Part shown: one piece after another, positions 17,795 to 24,902 of the stretch
Position numbering within the stretch: the stretch's first letter is position 1
Layout: each line of letters begins with the position of its first letter
Origin: an uncultured archaeon
GTDB lineage: Archaea; Thermoplasmatota; Penumbrarchaeia; JASLWR01
DNA: 64,000 nucleotides
NCBI GenBank assembly: GCA_964342815.1
Contig: CAYFHS010000013.1
Coordinates: forward strand, 32,001 to 96,000
Reading direction: 5' to 3'
The notes under the pieces: model-generated
What the model saw: only the letters and a program-made list of their open reading frames with translations
Database searches by the model: none
What the model was told of the DNA's origin: nothing
Translations under genes and position numbers: made by a program

Positions 17795-18460
17795 TTATTT
17801 AGAATTAACAAAAGACAATATCTTTCGAGCAACGGTTGGGCTAATGCCCTCAATTTTAATTAACGATTCAGTGTCCATTTCCTTAAAGTCAGTTATATGA
17901 TGATAACCAGCGTCCTTTAAGGTTTTGATGAGTTCTTTTCTAATGTCCAGTTCATCGATAATATCATCAATTGACATTGTATTAGAATCTTCGATTTCTT
18001 CTGTTGGATCAATGTTTTTATTTTCCAGCGTTTCGGTTTGTTTATCAGGAAATTCCATTTTACATATAGGGCAGTATAGTTCTTTTTCATACAGTGCTTC
18101 ACCACACTCCGGGCATTCCACTAAGAGTTTCTTTACCTCTTCACCCGTTATCTTTTCCTCTGTTTCTATTTTGGATTTTTCCTTAACATGGACGTAATAT
18201 ATTATAGCACCAAAAATCAATAGAAAGAATATCAAAAAGCACCAGTTTCTACTCAATCCACGTCTTTTCGCATCTTTGTACACTACTGCAACAAACCAAA
18301 GACTAACAATATAGTAGATAATGATGGTAATCTTAAATAGAGTTTTTGGCCTCAAAAAAAAACTGTCAAATATTTGTAGTAATATGCCACCAAATACTAG
18401 TACTATCATATAAACGATACTACAAACGGAATAAATTTCTAATTTTTTTGAAAATCCCAT
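17795..18460 (-). CDS. Membrane protein with Zn ribbon and C-terminal helix-hairpin-helix module
   Basis: Three TM segments; CPEC...CPIC; LKDAGYHHITDF...LIKIEGISPTVARKI (HhH_5-like). Confidence 0.75.
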   Translation of the reverse strand: MGFSKKLEIYSVCSIVYMIVLVFGGILLQIFDSFFLRPKTLFKITIIIYYIVSLWFVAVVYKDAKRRGLSRNWCFLIFFLLIFGAIIYYVHVKEKSKIETEEKITGEEVKKLLVECPECGEALYEKELYCPICKMEFPDKQTETLENKNIDPTEEIEDSNTMSIDDIIDELDIRKELIKTLKDAGYHHITDFKEMDTESLIKIEGISPTVARKILSFVNSK

Positions 18461-18572
18461 GATTACACACTTTTGAATAATGTCAATTTATTATTTAAGG
18501 ATTGGTTTTATTAACCACTTATGTGAAGGCACTGGGCTAGTGATCTGGAGCATAGACGGTTCTTAGAGGTCG

Positions 18573-18609
18573 CTTTTCAAGTCAGGAATACCTGGACGGA
18601 CTTGATAAG
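18573..18609 (+). repeat. Imperfect palindrome CTTTTCAAGT-N17-ACTTGATAAG (copy B of an inverted pair)
   Basis: Arms, spacer and the nearby GTTCTTAG (18559-18566) match the reverse complement of 22988-23038. Confidence 0.65.
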
Positions 18610-18752
18610 TTAGAGTAGCACGCGGGGGTACTCGTTATCTGATGCCTCTGGAGTCCACCCCATGCCAAACACGCTGTAGAGGGATTATCCTATATTGTAA
18701 ACATACCTTTTATATATGTGAAACATTATTTTTGAAAAAAGCAAGTTTATAA

Positions 18753-20066
18753 ATGAGACGGAGTGATAGGATGAAAAAAGGAATGAAGATAGGAATAGGG
18801 CTGATCCTAGGAGTCATGCTAATAAGTATAGTAATACCGTTGAATGCAAGAGCTGGATCTGTATCTAATATTAAGGTCTATAGTGAAGTGTCTGGTAATA
18901 GATTTTCTGTAAATGCAAAATGGGATGAAGATGGTTATATTGACGTCGAGGGTAAATTATACCACAACAGTATTATTATAATAGAATCGGAAGCTAATTA
19001 TTACATTGGAGACACGAATTATCTCACTTTATATGATAATACTTTAGAATCGGGAACCTATAGGTTTCAGCTATGGTCTAACACCGATGATAAGGAACTA
19101 TTTGCAAAATCGTGGGATGTTCCAAAACTTGCCATTCGCCAAACTATTACTAACCAAAATGGTGATGTAGTAGAAGGAGGAAGTTCAGTAACAATGGATG
19201 GACAGATTGGGAGTATGTTCATATCCACCACAGAATTGTCTATAGAAAGTGGTGGGCCAGACTCATACAGGGTTGATGGCGTTTTAACATTGAATTTTAA
19301 TGATGTTTCTATAGAGCAAAACATCAATAACTGGATTAGTAATCGAGGTTATTATGAATATTATGGGATCGATGATTATACAATTGAACCGGTATTCGCC
19401 TCTACAATATTCGGTCTTCCGGGAGGAAGTTACGCTATTCAATCGGAATATTCAAATCAGTACATCCAGTTAACTTCGGGCTCAATAAATGTTTATGTAA
19501 ACGACCAATATCAACCTATAATTGATGATTTAGAAGACGATGTCGACTCTCTTGAAAAGGACTTATCAGATACGAATAAGGAATTGAATACAACTAATGA
19601 GGAACTAGTAAAAGCAAAATCAGATGTCGCAAGTCTTTTAAGTAAGATTAATTCTCTATGGAATGAAATATCTAATTTAAAAAATTCGGACAATTCAACA
19701 GGTGAAAAGATTGATGATAATCAAAATGTGGTTTCTCAAGATATTAAAAGCGTTAAAGAAGATTCAGAAGGATACACAGGCAATGTCATGTATATGGCGA
19801 TAGGTGGCATAGTGTTGGCATTGATCGGAATAATTGTGGGATTTATTGCCATTTCAAAAGCGAAAAAGGGAAAGAAACCTCCTGTATCTGACCAACATTT
19901 CTCCGCTGAACCCAAAACACATTCTTACCCTGAACCAAGCCATGAACCTCAACAACAGCATACTCACTCACCACCTTCACCACATCAACGACCTGAGCAA
20001 AAGCATTCACCCCTTTCTGATTCAGGCAGACCTCCACCAAGACCCCCTATGATGAAACCAATGTAA
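18753..20066 (+). CDS. Hypothetical membrane-anchored protein: signal peptide, beta-rich ectodomain, coiled coil, TM, Pro/His/Gln-rich tail
   Basis: N-terminal hydrophobic signal; heptads LEDDVDSLEKDLSDTNKEL; TM; PPSPHQRP tail; start may be 18771. Confidence 0.78.
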   Translation: MRRSDRMKKGMKIGIGLILGVMLISIVIPLNARAGSVSNIKVYSEVSGNRFSVNAKWDEDGYIDVEGKLYHNSIIIIESEANYYIGDTNYLTLYDNTLESGTYRFQLWSNTDDKELFAKSWDVPKLAIRQTITNQNGDVVEGGSSVTMDGQIGSMFISTTELSIESGGPDSYRVDGVLTLNFNDVSIEQNINNWISNRGYYEYYGIDDYTIEPVFASTIFGLPGGSYAIQSEYSNQYIQLTSGSINVYVNDQYQPIIDDLEDDVDSLEKDLSDTNKELNTTNEELVKAKSDVASLLSKINSLWNEISNLKNSDNSTGEKIDDNQNVVSQDIKSVKEDSEGYTGNVMYMAIGGIVLALIGIIVGFIAISKAKKGKKPPVSDQHFSAEPKTHSYPEPSHEPQQQHTHSPPSPHQRPEQKHSPLSDSGRPPPRPPMMKPM

Positions 20067-20101
20067 AGATAACTTTTTTCAGAAACGCGCTATAGGACAC
20101 C

Positions 20102-20143
20102 GAACAGAAAGCATTACCAGAGCATCAATTCACGCCGTGAGAA
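20102..20143 (+). repeat. Orphan 42-bp copy of the 3' end of gene 20913..22223 (EQKALPEHQFTP*)
   Basis: 41/42 identical to 22185..22226 but lies intergenically. Confidence 0.85.
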
Positions 20144-20288
20144 TCATTTCACCCGATAATATCCCGATCTCCTTTAACTTCTGTCCTGCAGTCCTCCAAT
20201 TCTTAACGATAGTGTTAAATATCCTTTGAATCTATCAGCACAACCACAAAGATTTTACATCTATGGAATGGAATATGAGGGATGGAAT

Positions 20289-20894
20289 ATGAAAACGAAA
20301 TGGAAGGTTGTAATTTGCATTTCTGCAATAATTGCTCATGTTGTAACTGCCTATGTTGTATATCCGTTTATTGAATACGAGACAGTAGATGATTTTTTCG
20401 GATGGGATCGGAGTGATAATGAGCCGAAAATTGAGTATGTAGATAGAATAGAATATATCAACAATACGGAATATGTAGATACAATTCATTATGTGGACAA
20501 GATTGAATATGTCGATAGGGTTGTCTATATTGATCAACCGAGAACAAATATCAATTCTGTAAAGGTGACAATTAAGAAGGCAGATTGTAATCATGATACC
20601 GATGAGGGAGACACTGGAACTTCCCGTTATCCCGATTTGTTTGTAGGAGTTACCGTGTATGATATTACTGAATACACGACAACAATGAACAATGACCGAG
20701 ATCCATATTTTGGTTGGTTCAAAACTTTCATTGCACATGAGATAACTGACATTTATATCGAATTATACGATGAGGATGCTAATGACAATGAGTTAATCGG
20801 TAACTTTGTAGCCGATCCGGGGAATGTAACAGATAGGATGTATCGTGGTGATGGGTGGAGTGTAACTTATTCGGTTAGTTACAAATACGAATAG
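20289..20894 (+). CDS. Membrane-anchored protein with short EY[VI] repeats and a C2-like C-terminal domain
   Basis: N-terminal TM; IEYVDRIEYINNTEYVDTIHYVDKIEYVDRVVYI; YPDLFVGV...TTTMNNDRDPYF...IYIELYDEDANDNELIG. ORF track starts at TTG 20226; ATG 20289 is more plausible. Confidence 0.72.
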   Translation: MKTKWKVVICISAIIAHVVTAYVVYPFIEYETVDDFFGWDRSDNEPKIEYVDRIEYINNTEYVDTIHYVDKIEYVDRVVYIDQPRTNINSVKVTIKKADCNHDTDEGDTGTSRYPDLFVGVTVYDITEYTTTMNNDRDPYFGWFKTFIAHEITDIYIELYDEDANDNELIGNFVADPGNVTDRMYRGDGWSVTYSVSYKYE

Positions 20895-20912
20895 GGATAG
20901 AGAATAAGAGGT

Positions 20913-22223
20913 ATGGACATGAAAAAGATAGTCTCGATAGGAATCGTTGTGTTATTGTGCTTAGTGATCTTGAACACCATGGGTAACGCCCGAGGGGATA
21001 ACCTCGCCGGTGATCTGGACCAACTACTCGAGAATGAAAAGATGTTGAATATGAAGGATGGGGATTTCAATGAATCAACATACACCTATGGTATGAACAA
21101 TACTTATGTATGGGGGATTTGGCATGATGGGAATAATCTATTTGATGGAACCCATCAAAGTGCTGAGATGACGAGCCTTAATTATTTGCCTTTCTTTTTC
21201 CCTCATAGCCTAAAGATAACCCGGATTAGAGTTTATCCGATGGATGAAAACGGAGTAAAGGAAATAGAAAATATTTACATTCATCAATATCTTGAAATGA
21301 TGATTTCTGGCTCATATATTTTTTGGGATTTCCCTATATCAGAGTCAAACACCATAGGAGTGGTCTACAAAACGGACTATGTCGAATTTACTTTTCCAAA
21401 TTTTATAAGCTCCAGTCTAGCTATTAAATGTTCCGGTGTGATGTATTCACATATCAACGAAATAGAAATCTATTATGACAAGTACTATAACCCGTATCAT
21501 TACACCTCAGAGATCAACAACAATTATACCAACATCACCAACGAATACAACAATGATACCTATCTCAGTTACCAGAACGATACATACATCAATAACACCT
21601 ATCTTAACAGCACCTATCAGAACGATACATACATCAACCAGACCAATGCAACAACCAGAGTGATCCATGAGAACAACACCAATCTCAATAATACATATCT
21701 CAATGAAACCATCCTTTCAGACAACCAACGACTAGAGCAGAAGTTAAACGAGGTATGGGAACAGCTGAACGATACCAAAGGAGGCGGCGAAGCGGTTAAG
21801 GAATCCAAATCACTTGCAGATAGTACCTATTCCGACCCTATCCTTATCATTCTCCTACTGGTCATTATCGTACTCCAGATAATAATATTCCTGAGAAGGA
21901 AGAAAGGACAAGGGGAAATGATGACGGGTAATAATGCTATAGAACCGGAGGTAGAGCATACACCTAAACCGGGATTCAGCAGAGAAACAGAGGTAGACAT
22001 CATATCAAGGAAGGTTCAACAAGAGAAGCTAACCGAACATCAACCACCACCTACTCAACAAACCCAATATCAACATAGACAACCGAAACCGCAATCATCC
22101 GCACCTATCCCACCAGGGCAATCTATGACACCTCAACACATGGTAACAAACCCACAGGTTCAGACACCACCCCCACAACCACAAGAACAGAAAGCCTTAC
22201 CAGAGCATCAATTCACGCCGTGA
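20913..22223 (+). CDS. Membrane-anchored surface protein with discoidin-like head, sequon-dense stalk, TM, Pro/Gln tail
   Basis: Signal peptide; LKITRIRVYP...INEIEIY; 12 NxS/T sequons in about 66 aa; TM PILIILLLVIIVLQIIIFL. Confidence 0.75.
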   Translation: MDMKKIVSIGIVVLLCLVILNTMGNARGDNLAGDLDQLLENEKMLNMKDGDFNESTYTYGMNNTYVWGIWHDGNNLFDGTHQSAEMTSLNYLPFFFPHSLKITRIRVYPMDENGVKEIENIYIHQYLEMMISGSYIFWDFPISESNTIGVVYKTDYVEFTFPNFISSSLAIKCSGVMYSHINEIEIYYDKYYNPYHYTSEINNNYTNITNEYNNDTYLSYQNDTYINNTYLNSTYQNDTYINQTNATTRVIHENNTNLNNTYLNETILSDNQRLEQKLNEVWEQLNDTKGGGEAVKESKSLADSTYSDPILIILLLVIIVLQIIIFLRRKKGQGEMMTGNNAIEPEVEHTPKPGFSRETEVDIISRKVQQEKLTEHQPPPTQQTQYQHRQPKPQSSAPIPPGQSMTPQHMVTNPQVQTPPPQPQEQKALPEHQFTP

Positions 22224-22226
22224 GAA
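22185..22226 (+). repeat. Gene-terminal copy of the 42-bp direct repeat
   Basis: GAACAGAAAGCCTTACCAGAGCATCAATTCACGCCGTGAGAA. Confidence 0.85.
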
Positions 22227-22244
22227 ATGTATAATACCCTTGGA

Positions 22245-22781
22245 TTATTTTAGCTCAATTTCTCCAAACCAATCGTCTCCCTTCCCCCAATGGTCTCCCC
22301 CCCTTATTTCAAAATACATACCGGGCTCAGCATAGCCCGGTGATGGATTTCCATCATTATCTATATGATCTATGCTCTTTATTATAAAGAAATCACCCAT
22401 TGAGATATTTCCATTACCATCATTGTCTTGAAAAACTATGAAGGTTTCATTGTCTATTGATTTATTAGTAATTTCAGATACTTGATGCTGTCCGTTTGAC
22501 ATATCACGCCGATCCGCACTAAAAAGGGTGAATCTTGCATCCTCGATAGGGCATTCTTTATGGGGTTCGGTCTCGATAATTAACACGGTATAATCATTGT
22601 TTTCTGTCCGATTACCTAATTTCGTGTAAATGGAATGATATATTCCCGTGCCTTCGTGGTTTTCGCTAACCCAGAGCCAAAGAAAAGAGAATAGCACCAC
22701 TGTTATTACTAATACAATAGCTAAACTGGTGATGAAGTATAAAATAATTTTTTTGAATGAAATAACTTCGTTAGGTGACAT
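22245..22781 (-). CDS. Degenerate archaeal type IV pilin-like membrane-anchored protein
   Basis: AIVLVITVVLFSFLWLWVS resembles the pilin N-terminal helix; FQDNDGNGNISMGDFFII motif; no clear class III cleavage site. Confidence 0.5.
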   Translation of the reverse strand: MSPNEVISFKKIILYFITSLAIVLVITVVLFSFLWLWVSENHEGTGIYHSIYTKLGNRTENNDYTVLIIETEPHKECPIEDARFTLFSADRRDMSNGQHQVSEITNKSIDNETFIVFQDNDGNGNISMGDFFIIKSIDHIDNDGNPSPGYAEPGMYFEIRGGDHWGKGDDWFGEIELK

Positions 22782-22987
22782 AATATTGATAATATTCTTT
22801 TATTACCATATAGACTTTATCCCATTGGTTGTAAAATTTTCAATTTCTATGCTCTCTGATGGCCTCTAGAGGACGTTCTAGGGATCAGGTGAGTATGAGC
22901 CATGGGGAAGTATGCCTATAACCTAAGTATAGTCTAAAATTCTAGTATCCTATGCTCTGTAAAGGTGACCCTTACAGGTTCACCATA

Positions 22988-23025
22988 CTTGTCAAGTATC
23001 GTCCGGTTATTCCTAACTTGACAAG
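22988..23025 (-). repeat. Palindrome CTTGTCAAGT-N18-ACTTGACAAG (copy A of an inverted pair)
   Basis: Perfect 10-bp arms; reverse-complement spacer TAGGAATAACCGGACGAT resembles copy B spacer CAGGAATACCTGGACGG. Confidence 0.7.
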
Positions 23026-23080
23026 AGAGGCTAAGAACAGAGATGTAAAGATTTTATAGGATGAAGGGAATGTATAATCA

Positions 23081-23401
23081 ATGGAGAAAAAGGATAGATG
23101 TTGGATGGCATGGGTATGTCTTATAATATCACTCATTATTTTTATACTAAGTCTGATTGATATACGTATCCAACCTGAAACTAGTGATGATTTTTGGGAA
23201 ATTACTTTTAATGATACGATGGGATATCCTGATATAAATGACAGGAATCAAGCCCTTTGCTGCGGGCTCCCTTTGGGTTTTATGTTTATATTGTTAGCGA
23301 TAATTTTTAAAACTCACCATTCGAAAAAGTATCGAAAACGAAGCATGGTCGAATCCGAAATCGACACCGATACAGAAGTGAATCAAAAAGGACAAATATA
23401 A
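23081..23401 (+). CDS. Small hypothetical 2-TM protein
   Basis: Two hydrophobic segments and a charged tail; TATA-like TTTTATA upstream. Confidence 0.65.
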   Translation: MEKKDRCWMAWVCLIISLIIFILSLIDIRIQPETSDDFWEITFNDTMGYPDINDRNQALCCGLPLGFMFILLAIIFKTHHSKKYRKRSMVESEIDTDTEVNQKGQI

Positions 23402-23465
23402 ATACTCATTCTCTTCAACTATGTTCAACATATTATATAATGTGGGTTTTGAACCCAAAAGAATA

Positions 23466-23479
23466 TGGACCCGTCGGGA
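23466..23479 (-). repeat. 14-bp duplicate of the tRNA-Ala 3' end (att-like scar)
   Basis: TGGACCCGTCGGGA at 23466-23479 is identical to 23536-23549. Confidence 0.75.
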
Positions 23480-23535
23480 CCGCAGTAATTCATCAGAAAT
23501 GCGAGGACCGAGACGGGTACACGAGTAAAAGCGAG

Positions 23536-23657
23536 TGGACCCGTCGGGATTTGAACCCGAGGCCTCCTCCACTTCGGCCAACTGGTTGGCCTATGTCCTC
23601 GGTCTGGCCAACCTTCGGATGCCAAGGAGACGATCTTCCGGACTGATCTACGGGCCC
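23536..23657 (-). tRNA. tRNA-Ala(GGC) with a 48-nt intron at canonical position 37/38; CCA not encoded
   Basis: Acceptor GGGCCCG/CGGGTCC with G3:U70 and A73; D-stem GATC/GATC; anticodon stem TCTCC/GGAGG with loop TTGGCA^T; T-arm TCGGG-TTCAAAT-CCCGA. Confidence 0.93.
23572..23619 (-). other. tRNA intron with bulge-helix-bulge motif
   Basis: Central helix U32-U33-G34-G35 pairs with intron CCGA; 3-nt bulges CA^U and AG^U; inner stem GGTTGGCC/GGCCAACC. Confidence 0.88.
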
Positions 23658-23924
23658 ATACATGGGCGTGGGGGGTTTCTGGGATAATAGGGCATTGGGA
23701 CCGTCATCCGTGAACAACATGTTTACGGTGTGAAGGGTCCATTACCAACGAACGGAGCGAGTATTTTATTTCTATTTTATATTTTCCTTGCCAGTATGAG
23801 ATTATGTTCAAGCTTATGGGAATCACACAAATGCAAAGGTTCCGGGTATAAGGTAAAAACGGAGAATAGTATTAATTATTAGCATAGCAATATTGTCCCA
23901 TCAAACAAGTCCGCGTGATCACAC

Positions 23925-24902
23925 ATGAACATCATCAAGACGGAGAACCTGACCAAGCGTTTTGGTAAAGTGGAAGCCCTGCGGGGAGTAAGTCTCGAAG
24001 TGGGCGAGGGAGCCGTAGGTCTTCTGGGACCCAACGGCGCCGGCAAGACCACGCTTCTTCGGATACTGCTGGGACAGACCAAGAAAACCTCCGGGAACGC
24101 CATGCTGCTGAACACCTCCATCAGCGACAAGAATTTCGAGGTGCGCCGCAATTTCGGTTACATGCCGGAACACGAATGCCTGGTTCCCACCATGAACGCG
24201 GTCACTTTTATTTCGTATATGGCCATGATCAACGGCCTGCCCCGGGCCGATGCCGTTCAGAGAGCCCACGAATCACTCCATTACGTGGGTATCGGCGACG
24301 AGCGGTACCGCCATATCAAGACCTATTCCACGGGTATGAGGCAGAAGATCAAATTCGCCCAAGCCATCGCACACGACCCCACGGTGCTTTTTCTCGATGA
24401 ACCCACCAACGGCATGGACCCCGAAGGACGCAGGCAGATACTGGAGCTTATCAAGGACGTTCACGTTAATCACGGCAAATCCGTAGTCCTTTCGAGCCAC
24501 TTGCTGGCCGATGTGGAAGCCATATGCGACCACGTGATCGTGTTGAACGAGGGGAAGCTGGTTCTTGATGATCTTCTATCGGCACTGACCGGCAGCGATA
24601 AATATACTCTGGACATCAAGATCAAGGGTGATGGCGATCGGTTCATGTCCGTACTTCAAAAACAGGGCTTCAATGTAACCCGCGAGGAAAATCTGTTCAA
24701 GGTGGAACGCAAGGGCGATACTCTCGACATCATCATCAGGTTGTGCGCCGAGAACGACATCCAGCTCCGTTATGCCAACCAAAGTTTCAGATCATTGGAA
24801 GATATCTTTATCGACATAATATCCGCAAGTTCCGGGGAAAGAGACGGAAAAGGACAGAAAATTTCAAGCCCTGGTGCAGGGGGTGGTTCCGGTGCCAATT
24901 GA
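23925..24902 (+). CDS. ABC transporter ATP-binding protein (ABC-2/exporter type)
   Basis: GPNGAGKTT, YSTGMRQKI, LFLDEPTNGMDP, SSHLL. Confidence 0.93.
   Translation: MNIIKTENLTKRFGKVEALRGVSLEVGEGAVGLLGPNGAGKTTLLRILLGQTKKTSGNAMLLNTSISDKNFEVRRNFGYMPEHECLVPTMNAVTFISYMAMINGLPRADAVQRAHESLHYVGIGDERYRHIKTYSTGMRQKIKFAQAIAHDPTVLFLDEPTNGMDPEGRRQILELIKDVHVNHGKSVVLSSHLLADVEAICDHVIVLNEGKLVLDDLLSALTGSDKYTLDIKIKGDGDRFMSVLQKQGFNVTREENLFKVERKGDTLDIIIRLCAENDIQLRYANQSFRSLEDIFIDIISASSGERDGKGQKISSPGAGGGSGAN

Larger units (their letters stand above)
16300..23480. mobile_element. Putative degenerate genomic island 3' of tRNA-Ala; AT-rich, hypothetical membrane proteins
   Basis: Visibly lower GC than flanking core genes, only orphan ORFs, a JAB gene, internal repeats, and a duplicated tRNA 3' end at the right edge; no integrase; left boundary approximate. 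Confidence 0.45.

Noticed and set aside
23572-23619. Intron-encoded C/D box guide RNA as in tRNA-Trp
   Set aside because: No RUGAUGA or CUGA boxes in the 48-nt intron
23294-23720. Several short ORFs across the tRNA region
   Set aside because: Explained by the tRNA-Ala gene, its intron and the duplicated 3' end
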